Source: Carpediemonas membranifera BICM (Eukaryota; Protista; Fornicata). Taken from it: a DNA stretch of 64,000 nucleotides. The notes beneath the pieces were generated by a model. The model saw nothing but the letters and a program-made list of their open reading frames with translations. It did no database searches and was not told the origin of the DNA. Location: the NCBI GenBank assembly GCA_019828565.1, contig JAHDYR010000066.1, positions 1-64,000 on the forward strand, given 5' to 3'. This document shows, in pieces, positions 22,600-34,596 of the stretch. How positions within the stretch are numbered: position 1 is the first letter of the stretch; every line of letters starts with the position of its first letter. The position numbers were made by a program, and so were the translations under genes.

Positions 22600-23508
22600 C
22601 TAAATTTTAAAAGTGCGGCGGATAAAATCTGCGGCTGCGGTCTTCATGTCGATATTGAAGTGATGCCCCTCGTCGGCAAAGACCCGCGACTCCACCGCCA
22701 CGCCGAGGCAAGCGAGCGCCTTCACCGATTTCGGCAGCACGGCCGGGTTGACGATGGGGTCCTGGCCGCCGTGCATCAGCATCACCGGCGTGTACTTGCT
22801 GTCCGTGGCGACAACGGTCGGCAGCGTGTCGCTTGCCCACCGCGCCATGAACCCAACCGGGTCGAAGTGGGGGATATCCTTGGCGATACGGGGCCCGCGG
22901 ATGTCCAGGGCAACACCGCCCGAGACGCCGACGCAGGCGCCGTAGCGGCGGGTCAGGGCGGTGAACGTTGCCATCATGCAGCCCTGCGAGAACCCGCAGA
23001 GGGCAAGCTTCTCGGGGCCAAGACCGAACTGCTGCAGCTTGCTGTCTAGGTACTCGTGGACCTTTGGGACAACTGAGGCGAGCCTCTCGTGGGCCTCGGG
23101 GAGGGAGAAGCTGGGTAGGAAGCTGAACCACTGACGGGAGTCCGGACGACCTTCGGCGGGGAACTCGGGGTTGTCCTCGAAGGCCTCCGCGCCGTTCATG
23201 ATGATGATGCCGGCCTCGGGGAGCTTCTCCGCGAAGTCAATGGCGTTATTCCAAAAGCTAAGGACAGAGCCACTGTAGCCGTGGAAGAGCGCGAGCAGGA
23301 TCTTAGGACTCTCGCCGTTCTGTGGGGGCAGATAGATGCTTTCCAGTTTGTCGCTAGTCCCGCTGATGTGCTCGCGGTAGAGTTTGGCCAGCTCTTCCTG
23401 TCTCGGGACAATGCCGGGCTCATCCAGGAAAGAAATGTCGCTTCCGAAGGTTACTACGTCCATATCGTCGTTTTCAATGTTCACTGATGCCTGTGACCCT
23501 CCGGCCAT
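22600..23508 (-). CDS. Phospholipase/carboxylesterase (alpha/beta hydrolase, bacterial YpfH-like)
   Basis: LFHGYSG, RQWF, nucleophile GFSQG, MHGGQDPIV, GHHF catalytic His. Confidence 0.9.
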   Translation of the reverse strand: MAGGSQASVNIENDDMDVVTFGSDISFLDEPGIVPRQEELAKLYREHISGTSDKLESIYLPPQNGESPKILLALFHGYSGSVLSFWNNAIDFAEKLPEAGIIIMNGAEAFEDNPEFPAEGRPDSRQWFSFLPSFSLPEAHERLASVVPKVHEYLDSKLQQFGLGPEKLALCGFSQGCMMATFTALTRRYGACVGVSGGVALDIRGPRIAKDIPHFDPVGFMARWASDTLPTVVATDSKYTPVMLMHGGQDPIVNPAVLPKSVKALACLGVAVESRVFADEGHHFNIDMKTAAADFIRRTFKI

Positions 23509-23726
23509 GCCGAACGACGATTTTTGACCTTAAGGTGCGAGTGACATCGATTCGCAGGTATGTTGGCAGATACAGTGGTGGCGACTGGTCGTATAATTGG
23601 GCAGACTGTCGCTGCGTGGGCGGGCCGTCTTCCATTGATGAGTTCGCAGACAAGACGGGCCACAGTTTTATGAATGGAAGATCACTAGTGCGCCACCAGC
23701 GTCACGATGATTCAGACAGACTTTAC

Positions 23727-26160
23727 TTAGATGAACACGAGGCCCATGTGGACGGGGTAGTTCCGCTTTCTCTCGGACTCGGTCATCTCCTTCATCTTCT
23801 CGCCCACGGTGAACGCCATCGAGTGGGCCGTCTGGGTCATCGCGGGCACCTTCACAGGGCCGGCCCAGTTGTAATACAGGTGGGAGGCATTGAACGCGAA
23901 GGCGGCGATGTCCTTGACGGGGATGCGGGCCTTGTTGTCGACGACGTAGTAGTGGACGGCCTTGTTGGTCGACGGAGCCCGGCCCATCGAGAACAGGAAG
24001 AACTCCGTCTCGGGATCCGCCACCACCTTAGGGTCACGGATGATGGTGCCGGCGGGGGCGTGGTCGTACCCGTCCCGACCACCCTGGGCGATGAACTGCT
24101 GGGCAATCCGCTTCTGGACGAAGGCAAAGACGACCTTGGCGCCCTCAGCGTTCTTGGCGTTGAGAGCCGCATGCACCTGGGGGACCTCGCGGGCCTGGAC
24201 GGCGCCCTTCTGGGTGTCGGCGACGCCATCGCGGAGGACGACGACAGTCTTGGGGGCGGCCTTGCGCTGGGCATTGATACGGCCTAGGACGTCCTCGAGG
24301 AACATTTGCAGATGACCGTCGATGGAGAAGACATCCTGGGAGCGGTCCATGACCTCCTTCCGGGCGACCGTCTCCACAGGCTGACCGAAGTGAACGGTCG
24401 TGCTGTCGGTACCCAGGTACCAGGCGGACATACCGATGACGGAGCGGTTCTGGCGGGTCTTGCCGTCGCGCATGAACGTGATGGCGCCGTGGTAGACGTC
24501 GATGCCGACCGAGAGGACGGGGAGAGGCATGGACGGCGGGGAGAGGCGCTTGATCTCCCACGGGCTGGCTGTCGGGTTGAGCTTGCAGAGCGTCTGCATG
24601 ACAAGACTGGACGCGATGTCCGAGGGGCGCGTCTTAAAGTGCCGGGATGCGTCGACGAACTGAGACGTGATGTTGTTGCGGGCGAGGAAGGCCTTCACGT
24701 CGCGGTAGATGTGGTCGGCCTTGTTGATGTAGATCAGGAAGGCCATCTTGGAGAGGGAGCCGGGGCTGCCGAGCTTCTTAATTTGGTCAAAGAAGGCATT
24801 GGCGTTGTTGCCACTGATGTTGACCGTCTGCTGGCGCTCATACCTGAGCCCCCACCGCTCGGCGGAGTTGACGAGGTGCTCCTGGTGCGTCTCGAGGGTC
24901 CTCTGTGCTCTATCCTGCACCAGCCAAACCCACGTCGACACCCTGAAGCCGGGCTGCATGCGGGCCTTGGCGAGGTTCGGGGCGATCTTGAACGGCATGC
25001 ACTCCTGCCGGATCCCGGCGACGGAGATCTTTGGTTGGGGGAGGTTCTCGCCGCTGACCTCGAGGGGCTTGTCCGCGGGCGTCATGCCCCAGATCTTAAG
25101 CACGGCCAGGGGCGTGCGGGTGGCAGTGCGGGTCTTCTTGCTCAGGACCGCCTTGAGCTCGAGCTGAGCTTTGGCGCGGGGCGTGGGCTTGATGCCAGTG
25201 ATCTTGGGGATGCCCTGGCGGGTGTCAGTGTCAAGGTCGACCATGCGACACAGCGCGGGCAGAAGGAAGATCTCGTCGCCGTGGCGGCCAACAGTGCGGA
25301 TCATCGGGACCACACCGTTGGTGCGGCTGACAATGGCCTTGGCCTCGGCCCAGCCAGCCTGGTCGGCCTCGCGGCGGGCGGGACGAGAGAACTTCTCCGT
25401 GTAGTAGGACTTAAAAGTCTTCTCGTTGTCGCCCATGGGGCTGTTCCAGTTCTTTTGGACCATGTCGAGAGCGACAAATGAGCTACGCTCATCATATATG
25501 GGGACAACGCGGAGCTGGCCGAAGTCGCCCTGGCGCCAGTCATGCTTGTCAGCGCGGACACGCATGACAACGCGGTGGCAAACGTCGTAGGTGAGGACGG
25601 GGGTCTTGTTGATGGCAATGGTGGGGCGGATACCACGGAAGACATCGGCGTTACGGAATGTAGCCTGGGCGTGGCGGTCACCGCGGAACTCGGGGCTGTC
25701 ATTAAGCCTCTCGAGGAGGTAGCGGTCCTTCGCGAAGGTGTAAGGGGCGTTCGCCATGGCGCGGTGCAGGGCGCGGTTGAGGAAGGAGCTGACGAGCTCG
25801 GTGCGGTCGGTGTTCTTGGCCGCTGTCTGGGAGGTGATGGTGATCGTGCGGGCGGTGGGCTCACCAGAGCGGCTGGGGATGGAGATATCGATGGACTCGC
25901 CGAGCTTCAGGAGGGGGAGCTCGACAACGGTGATGAGAGTGGAGCCCTCGACAGTCCAGAAGTCCTTCTCGACATTAGGGAACTTCTGCTCCATGAGCTG
26001 GTTGCAGACGAGGCGGAAGAAAGTGTTTCTCACTTGCGTCTCACCAACGACGTCGAAACCATACTGGAAGATGGTCTTTTGCTCAAAAGCAAGCTCGTAG
26101 ATGTTACTGAGTAAGTCTTATGGGTGCAACACACGAAATGAGAGTATTTGTTCTGCTCAT
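23727..26160 (-). CDS. Piwi/Argonaute protein (2 exons, intron 26134-26107)
   Basis: N domain SNIYEL...IFQY; PAZ region (TFKSYY, IFLLPALC); MID YRDVK...ITSQ; PIWI GIDVYH, RKE, VLRDGV, HLYYNWAGPVKVPAMTQTAH. A 28-nt intron restores ATG at 26160. Confidence 0.95.
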
Positions 26161-26605
26161 GTTCAATTGCTTCAATCCGTCTCGCGTTGCCTGGTGCAGC
26201 GCCTCGCGTGTCCGGAAAAGCAGCTTTTGAGGTCACCATCACTCACGCACGGGGTCATCCATACCGGGGCAGACTACTACGAGATTGTTGGGGCTCAACG
26301 AGCGTGGGATTGATCAGTTCATTTCGCGAAGTTTTCTTGCTATGGAGATTCCACAAAAGTCACACCGTTTCCCAGTTTGTTTGTCTACGTTTAGAGACAA
26401 AGTGCCGACGATTTGAGTTCCTACCTGCTGTATCCTCTGATTTATCCTGCGCACTTTTAGACCGAACATAACAAAAAATTGCAACCCCCTCCCAAACCCT
26501 ACATGTGGCCATTATGAAGCATGTTGGCTGCCCCCAACCTCGAGTTTAGCCTGGATTGACCAGAGACTCGCCATACTTTTTCGGGCAGCGAAGAAGTCTC
26601 ATCGA

Positions 26606-28717
26606 ATGAGTTCCGGCTCTGAGAGCGATTTTGAGCCATACATTGATACCCGAGGCCTTTCTAGCGCTCGTATCTCTCCGCCTAGAACTCCTGTGTCCGT
26701 GAAGGTCTCATCCTGCCAGGAGGAGAACGACGAGGAGGATAACTCGATGAATAAGTTCAAATCGCTCGAAATTGGCATGCAGAAGATGTCTGAGCTGCAG
26801 GCACAGATCAATGAACTTCGCTCTCGCTTCCGCAGCGAGACTGAGACCGTCCAGCATGTCTCGAACTCCATCTCCTTTGAACGCGAGCACCACGCCGACT
26901 TCCACGAGACCACTGAGGTCAAACGGGCCCGCATGCACACCCCCGAACCCGATTCTGAGCAGGAGCTCCCGGTTGACGAGCCCAGCGATGCCGAGTTCGA
27001 CGACGACCTTGCCACCGAGATCCGTCTGCTCGAAGAGCTGCGTATCGACCTCCGCGAGCGCGAGGAGACCGTTTCTAAGCGCGAGAAGGAGATTGCCGAC
27101 GAGAGTTCTGCGAAGCACGCCGACTTGACTTCCCGCGAGGACGCTCTCGAGGCCCGCGCCGAAGAGCTCGACCAACGCGAGGAGGACCTCGCTGCGCGTG
27201 AAGATGAGCTTGCTGCCCGCGAGAAGGAGGTTGAAGAGGCGCCCGAATCGACCCGCGAGGCCGAGCTGGAGGAGGAGCTGGCGGCCAAGACTCGCATGGC
27301 AAATGGCCTCGAGGAGGAGCTGAAGGAGCAGAACGAGACATTCATGAAGATCGTAGCCGACACTGAGGACTTCATGCAGCGCTACAAGGGCATGGAGACC
27401 TCGTTTAAGAGCCGCATCCGTGAGATCGAGGCCGAACGCGACGAGCTCAAGGAGAGACTCGCCGACGCAGCCGCTGATACCCGCCTGGACGCCCTGCAGC
27501 AGAAGCACGACGAGGTTCTGCGCGCTTTCAGCGCCCAACGGACCCAGATGAAGGAGAACGACCGCGCCCACGACGCCGCCATGGCCGACCTCATCGCGGA
27601 GGTCGACCGGCTCGTCAAGGAGCGGGAGGCGGCCAAGCAGCGCCCTTCGGAGCTCGACGGAGCCGACTTTAAGGAGCTGCTGCTGACAGCTTCTCAGACG
27701 GAGGAGACGCTCAAGGCGACCGCGCAGGAGCTCGAGGACACGCGGGCCCAGCTCAAGGCGTCCCAGGCACGCGAGGAGGCGGCCCAGAAGGAGATGTCTG
27801 CCGACCGCACCCGCGGGGAGCTGAGAGCGATCGTATCGTCTCAGCAGGCACAGATCGCGGACCTCGTCGCCGAGACCAACGAGTTCCGCAAGCGCATCTC
27901 CTCGTCGACTGTGGAGATCAAGCAGCTGCAGGCCGAGCTCGACACTGCCCGCAAGATCACGGTGTCGCTGACCAGGAACGAACAGACGTCGCTGGCCCGC
28001 CTCGACGACGGCACCGACATCGCAAAGAGCCTCCGCGCCCAGCTTGCTGAGCGGGACGGCCGCGTGTCAGAGATGGAGCGGCTTGTGCGGGACACCCGTC
28101 AGAAGGCCGAGACCATCTCCCGATCTGTCCTCGATGAGCTGTTCGAGGCCCGCGACGAGGCTGCAAGGCTCAAGGCCGCCAACATGGAGCTGACCAACCA
28201 GGTCTCCGGGCTCAAGCAGCGCATCGCCGAGGACATTGGCCTCGACGAGCGCATGTCGCTGGCCGAGGTGTCGACCGTGTACCCCCAGACGAGGGACGAC
28301 AGCCCCGTCCAGTCCACGATCGCCCAGAGCGAGGCTACGGACGCCCCCCGCCGTGTGCCTCCCGTGATCCACGGCATCGTCGAGAAGCCCCGCCCCCAGA
28401 ACCCCAGCCAGCCCCGCGGATACGTCGACTCGCCCGTCCCCCCGCCCCGCGAGCCCCTGGAGAGCACGAAGCTCGTCGCCCGCACCGGCCCCTCCCTTTT
28501 CTCCCAGCTGGCGGCCGGTGCGGAGTCCCCACTGAGCGCCAGCCTGATGTCAAACGCCTCTTCGTTCGACAGGCACGCCCGCCGCAGTCCCAAGATCTCC
28601 CGTGACGCCGACAAGTTCATGCCAGACGAGTCAGTGCTCGACTACATCAAACGGCGCAAGGAGGCGATCCTTGGTGGCACCCGCCGCACTCCGAAGGGCT
28701 CGGGCAGGAGAATGTAA
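26606..28717 (+). CDS. Coiled-coil protein, unknown function
   Basis: 703-aa ORF with E/R/A-rich heptads and low-complexity termini. Confidence 0.8.
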   Translation: MSSGSESDFEPYIDTRGLSSARISPPRTPVSVKVSSCQEENDEEDNSMNKFKSLEIGMQKMSELQAQINELRSRFRSETETVQHVSNSISFEREHHADFHETTEVKRARMHTPEPDSEQELPVDEPSDAEFDDDLATEIRLLEELRIDLREREETVSKREKEIADESSAKHADLTSREDALEARAEELDQREEDLAAREDELAAREKEVEEAPESTREAELEEELAAKTRMANGLEEELKEQNETFMKIVADTEDFMQRYKGMETSFKSRIREIEAERDELKERLADAAADTRLDALQQKHDEVLRAFSAQRTQMKENDRAHDAAMADLIAEVDRLVKEREAAKQRPSELDGADFKELLLTASQTEETLKATAQELEDTRAQLKASQAREEAAQKEMSADRTRGELRAIVSSQQAQIADLVAETNEFRKRISSSTVEIKQLQAELDTARKITVSLTRNEQTSLARLDDGTDIAKSLRAQLAERDGRVSEMERLVRDTRQKAETISRSVLDELFEARDEAARLKAANMELTNQVSGLKQRIAEDIGLDERMSLAEVSTVYPQTRDDSPVQSTIAQSEATDAPRRVPPVIHGIVEKPRPQNPSQPRGYVDSPVPPPREPLESTKLVARTGPSLFSQLAAGAESPLSASLMSNASSFDRHARRSPKISRDADKFMPDESVLDYIKRRKEAILGGTRRTPKGSGRRM

Positions 28718-28818
28718 ATGTATTGTCTTTGATGTAACTTCCTGTGCTGGGTACTGCTCGTATGATTGGCAACGCCCAGGGCAAGTCGATGTGCAGTTTA
28801 TGCCAGTCGAATTCATCA

Positions 28819-29343
28819 ATGAACCGGTACCGTGGAGCAAGTGCGTCTCAAGATCACAGGTTTGCGAAGAACAAGCCCACAAGTGGGTCAAATGCCCCGA
28901 CGAACCCGATTCATATGAAGCGGATCAACCGGGGCTGGCTGAATGACCTCATCTCCTCTCGATTGGCTGCTGAGCTCGGTGATTGTGACGATTTGACCCT
29001 TATGACAGTAACAAATGCGTTTTCGACATCTGAGGTGAAGTTTGCTGACGTTGCCGGGGCCGTCGGAAGCGTACTCGAGGATAACGTCAGGCCCTTCATG
29101 AAGCGGCTGTGGGACGAGCTCATGGAGGCCGAGAAGTCGGATTCGGGCATCTCGCCATCCGCTAAAGGTGTTGCGAATGCCGCTGCAGTGAAGCGAGAGG
29201 AAGCCCGCCCGATTGTCGAGGAGGCCAGGCGTTGGCGGGAGCGGCGCCCACGGAGAGACGAGCCGTACACCAGGCAGGATCGCCGCAGCATGGCGCCCAG
29301 ATCTCCGTTGCCCGAGCGGCCGCGGACACCGACGTACGAGTAA
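28819..29343 (+). CDS. PWI-domain splicing factor (SRm160/SRRM1-like, miniature)
   Basis: MNRYRGASASQDHRF...MKRIN...FMKRLWDELMEAE...GI matches the SRm160 N-terminal PWI pattern; short R/S/P tail. Confidence 0.8.
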   Translation: MNRYRGASASQDHRFAKNKPTSGSNAPTNPIHMKRINRGWLNDLISSRLAAELGDCDDLTLMTVTNAFSTSEVKFADVAGAVGSVLEDNVRPFMKRLWDELMEAEKSDSGISPSAKGVANAAAVKREEARPIVEEARRWRERRPRRDEPYTRQDRRSMAPRSPLPERPRTPTYE

Positions 29344-29345
29344 CC

Positions 29346-29542
29346 CACTGAGCACGCCGCAAGACCGTCACCTCCATGGACGTCGTCTACGCTCTCAAGC
29401 GCCAGGGCCGCATGCTCTATGGCTTCGCTTAATCCATCACAACCAAAACGGTGTCATCTGACACCAAATCTAACCAAAATCAGTCCTCATAAAGTTCATT
29501 CATTCAAGGTTCGTCTTGGCTGGCAGCTGAGCTCAGCTCTTT
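29346..29542 (+). pseudogene. Inverted partial copy of histone H4 3' CDS plus 3' UTR
   Basis: Near-exact reverse complement of 34487-34687, with a 4-nt deletion near its 5' edge. Confidence 0.95.
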
Positions 29543-29546
29543 GCAT

Positions 29547-32500
29547 TTACATATTATGTGACATGTACGTATGCCTGGACTGCAGTGCCGCCCGCCGCAT
29601 CCGCACGGGGTCTACCAGACGGGGCAGGTGGATGCGGCCGGTGTGGTCTCCCCGGACGCTGCGGTCCCGGCCGGACAAGACCACGGTGGCGCTCGAACAG
29701 GGCAGCTTGCCGCCAAAGCAGTATTCCACGAAGACCCTGCGCGTCTCGGCATCCTCCAACGCGGTCTCGATGGCCTTCTGGACTTCGTGACAATCCCCTG
29801 GGAACTTCAACAAGGCCATGATGTCGTTTGCCGACACGCCGCTCTGTTGAACCAGCAGCGCTCGCAACTCGACCGGGGTGAGACCATCGATGAGCGCCAC
29901 CCACGTCGACGACAGGCCTGCGATCAGGCCGTCGTGGACGACACTCATGCGATGAACGACCCTGGCCTCGACCTCTCGCTGGTACGTCTTGAGGCAGGAC
30001 TCATCGACTCCGCTGAGTGGGCAGGCGAGCCGGGCAGCGTCGAGCGATGAGCACAGGGCATTGCTGACGAAGGGCATCAGCGTGGCCATATCGAGCGAGT
30101 CCCCATTGAGGGCGGCGAGCCAGGCGTAGCTAACCATGCTTGCGGGCAACCGGACACCGTGTACCAACATGAGCTGCAGCAAACGGCCGAGACCGAGGAG
30201 CACCGGCCTGAGGCTGTCCAAGGGGACGTTGAGGGCGCCGGGTGTGAGCATGAGGGTCCCGTCGCGGAAGAGGGAGATGGCCTCGCCCGCCCGGTCTCTC
30301 ACGGCCACTGTACCAGCGCTGGTGATGAGGCTGGGGAGTGCGAGAGCGGCGTCGTCGCCATGCATCATCACGGGGACGGCGGTGAGGTCAGCCTCGCACT
30401 GCCCAAGCGTCACCAGGCTCTCAGCGACGTCTTCAGCCAGGTCGACCTCGACTGCTTCAGACATCCGGCCCAAAGCTTGCAGGCGGGATTCCTCTACAGC
30501 TAGGGCGAAGATCCGGTCCTGATCCCCTGCAAACGGATCGAAGGCGGGTACGGTGTCGACGTTCTCGCTCGGGACAAAGCACTCATCGGCCAGAGCGCGG
30601 CGGACGGACCAGCGGCTCTCCCACGGCGCGAGCATGCCAGCAAATACGGTGCGGAGGGCCTCTGGCAGGGCCCAGGGGAGCTCGGCGATCAGCGCCTCGA
30701 CACGGTCGTTGTGCTCGAGGTTCGCCTGTGACGCAGTCGAGTGGTGCAACAGTGTGGCACTGAAGCTCGTGTAGTCCGCCGCACTGAGAGCAAGGGCGGT
30801 CACGGCAACGCGGTAGACGTCGGCCGCCTGCCACTGGCTGTATCGCCTGTGGGGGTCCTCTGAAAGGGAGCCTTCCTCAGGGGCCATGAAGGCGCGGGCC
30901 CCCTGATCCTGCTCGGTATCGACGTTCAGGGCACTCTCAAAGCCCACGAGCACCGAATGCCCCTCACAGAATAAGATGTTATCGGGCTTGATGCCGCGGT
31001 GAGTGATGCCCGCGCTGTGGAGCTGATATACTGCGGCGATCAGGCCGTGCACCAGCATGGCCAGGTCAGCGGGGCCGTCGATGCTGGGCCGCTGGCAGGG
31101 GATGAACTTCGTGACGAGGGTGCACGTCTTGTTCGCGAGGTTGACCATGGCATGACGCAGCTGGGGAACGGCCGGGCTGTGAACCATGTGCGACAGGATG
31201 CCCGCCTCATTATCGCACATCCTTCGCTGGTGGACACTGTGGAGTTGATACGTCTTGGCGAATAGCGTCTCGCCACGCCGCTGCACGACCTGGCAAAGCG
31301 TCCTCGATGCCGGTATGTCATCGACGATCACGAAATCAGACATTGACAAGTCGAATCGCATCTCGGGGAGGTCGATGAGGTTGCGCAGACCCAGCTCGCA
31401 GAGCTTTGCCACGACCGGCTCTCCAGGCGCCGAGATGGCGTTCAACTCTGGGCACAATCTCTCGAGCTGCGGGGGGACTCTCGTCAGGATGGCGGCAACC
31501 TCGTCTCTGCGGCCCCTCTTGGCAGCAAGCCTCGCCTCCGTGGTCTTCAGTGTGCCGGCCAACGTCTCTAAGGGCTCCATGGCCTTTGCTGCGGCCTCAA
31601 GCTCGGCGACCTCGCTGTGGATGCTGTAGACGTCGCTGTCCCCGCACTTTTCGCTGACGCCCTTAGCCACATCATCAGCGACGGCAAATGCTGCGAGGTG
31701 AGCCCGCGCCTCCGCGATGAAGCCGCTCAGCTGGGCCACGGTCTGCTTCTCGGCGCGGGTGTCGAGTCCCTCCGCGACCACCCGGCTGGCCCAAGCATGG
31801 ACCTCCCGGACGTCGGGGCAGAGGAATCGTTCCAGATCTGCATACCGCTCCACAAGCCTTGCAGCAATGGCCTGTGGGGCACGGGAGACCTCGGCGTTGG
31901 CCTGCTCGAGCGTTGCTTGCATCGCCGTGATGTCTGGGGTGAGGTTTGCGGCCGATTCAAAGGCGCTAGATGCCTTCATTAGTGCTGTCGCTGCCCGGAA
32001 CTGCACGCGGACGGACTTGAGGTTGGCCTTTTTCTGCTTTATCGCCGCAGAGGCAACGGCGATGGCGCAGGTGTACCCTTGTGTTCTACTCTGCAATGCC
32101 TCGCGGGCCTGGGCCAGGCTCCGATAGAGATGGCTGGCGGAGATGGCGATCTCGACCACCCTGGCCGGTCTGGTCACTCCGGTCAGGAGTGGGTGGCCGT
32201 GGAGCGCAGCACTGACCTTGGCCGCACGGAATACGCCTGTGAGGATGCCCTCTTGGCAGCAGAAGGCCGTCATCTCGGCTTGGATCATGGCGAGGCTCTG
32301 GGCGTGTGCATGGACCGTGCCGAGTAGGGCCGCCCGCTTGCTGTCGGAGTCATCTCGCTGCCTCTGGAGCTCTACCGCGTGCTGGTCGTGCAGCTCCTCC
32401 CTGACCCTGGCCAGGTCGTCTTCTGCCTGCTGGGCCATGACGGTCTTGAGCTCGACCGCAGCGGACTGTGTCGCGTGCATCTCGTCTGTCATGGCAAGAA

Positions 32501-34170
32501 CTCTTTCCTGGAAATCGGCCTGCTGGCTGGCCAGTTCAGCAGCGTGTTCCTGCTGCATACGGGACATGGCATGACGCTGCTCAAGGATGGTTGCGTCAAG
32601 GACCGCGATCTTGGCGTTGAGCGCAGTCTCCTGGCGCTGCAGCTGCGCCTCGTGGTCCCTGGTGAGTGTCACGCGGAGGTAATCCGCCGTCCGGGTGGTC
32701 CGCTCAACCTGCGTCCTTAGCTCGGCGGTCCTCTCGTCGTGATCCTCCCGCACCGTCCTGATCTCTGCGGTGTGGGCGATGAATGCATTCCACATCTTGT
32801 ACACTGCGCCTGGGAGCCCGAATTTGGACGTCAATGCTCCCCTATAGTTCATGTTAACAGCGCCATCTGGGTCTTCCAGCCTCATGTCGAAGTTGCGAGG
32901 AATTCTCCCAGAGGCCGCGACATGCAGCAGGACCCGTGCGAGATCTGCGGGTGAGTACGCCCGCTCGACGTACATGTACGTCTCTGTCGGACCGGTGGCG
33001 ACACCTGGGAATGCCTGGTCGAGCTCTGTGTTCTCGTCTTGCGGGTGGACGACAGCGAATGTCTCCGCAGTGCAGCTCTTCAAAGCAGCGATGAAGCCGT
33101 CTTGCGTGGCGTTGACGCTGTTGACCGAGGCCTGGCACTGCACCGTCTGGACGAGTCGGCCGGCCAAGGTCCAGATCTTGACAGTTCCGTCGGCCGACCC
33201 AGAGACAATCAGCCCGCCTGGTGTGATAGCGATGCCCTGGATGCTGGCGGTGTGGGCCTCAATAGACCAGACAAGCTCGCCGTCGGCCGCATTGACGAGA
33301 CTAATGTAGTTCTTGCTACAGCCGCAGATGGCCCTGCCGCACGGCGTGAAGCGGGCCTCGATACTGATGCTGGACTCGGTCTCCCAGACGGGCTCGGAGT
33401 CAATCAGCGACCACATTGTCAGATGGCCGTCGAAACAGAGGGACACGACACACGAGTCGTCCGTGGAGAACGCCACGCCCTTGACTGACCCGCGACACTT
33501 CATTGATTTGAGCAGCGTCCCGGCGCTGTCCCAGATCTTGAGGGTGCGGTCATGCGAAGCGGTCGCCACCCGGCTTCCGTCGGCCGAGAAGCACGCATAC
33601 CACACCGTATCGTCGTGTTCCAGCGTCTTGACCACCTTGCCCGTTGCAACGTTCCAAAGCATAGCGCTGCCATCATACGATGCTGAAAGGAGGGTCTGTC
33701 CGTCAGGGGAGAACTGAAGCCGCCAGCTGTGGCCCACGTGCCCATATAGACGGCGGATCAGGGCACCAGTGGCGTCGAAGAGCCTGATGAACTTGTTGCC
33801 ATCCCCGCAAGTTGCAACCAGCCCTCCGTCTGGGGACATATCAGCGCACTGCACAGCCCCTTCGTGAGGGATGAAGGTGGATGGCCGCACTACGGGGGCA
33901 GACATCGCCTGCCACAGCGCCAGGATGAGCTCTACTGATGCGTTGGGCGGGGAGCATTTGACATGGGTGCCGAGCGTGACAACGGTGTTTGGAGATACTA
34001 TGCTGACTGTCAGAAGCTTTGGCACCCTCCGGCCGATACGCAGGAGGGCGTGCACGAACCCCGCGATGTCGGCAACGTCGATGGCAACGTCAGAGAGCAC
34101 TGTTATGTGATCGGGATCGAATTCCTGAAGCTTCCTGCGTTATGCGAAGTAAACAGCAAATAACGAACAT
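29547..34170 (-). CDS. WD40-repeat / coiled-coil / pseudokinase / HECT-like multidomain protein (intron 34168-34135 splits the ATG)
   Basis: WD repeats (LLSASYDGSAMLW, ATASHDRTLKIW, VSGSADGTVKIW); kinase-like FAK, HRGIKPDN, VGFE, FMAPE, ADVY; degenerate HECT-like C-terminus. Confidence 0.8.
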
Positions 34171-34563
34171 TTCCACGAGCTTTCAAAACATCCGAGTTCG
34201 TCACTGTACATTCCTGTAGCCAACTGATGAATGCTTCCAGTCAACGCGGAGTCGACTCGGACGCCAGCGCCCTTCACGTGTTCAGACGAAGCAACGCTTC
34301 TCACTGAGCCATGCAGCATGTAGTTAGCCTGCTCGTTTTGTCAGATTTGCTCTTAATCGTCTCCAGGCTGCATCGCCCCAGATTCTTGGCCAGTTTGTGG
34401 GGTATCAGCGGCACTCGGTCTGACTGTACGATGCCAGGATATGGCCAGACACGCGCAAAGTTTCGTAATCCGATTTGCTATGTCAAAAAGAGCTGAGCTC
34501 AGCTGCCAGCCAAGACGAACCTTGAATGAATGAACTTTATGAGGACTGATTTTGGTTAGATTT

Positions 34564-34579
34564 GGTGTCAGATGACACC
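34564..34579 (-). promoter_or_regulatory. Histone mRNA 3' stem-loop
   Basis: CCAAAAC-GGTGTC-ATCT-GACACC-AAA 17 nt after the H4 stop: 6-bp stem, 4-nt loop, A-rich 5' flank. Second copy at 29450-29465 (+). Confidence 0.75.
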
Positions 34580-34596
34580 GTTTTGGTTGTGATGGA

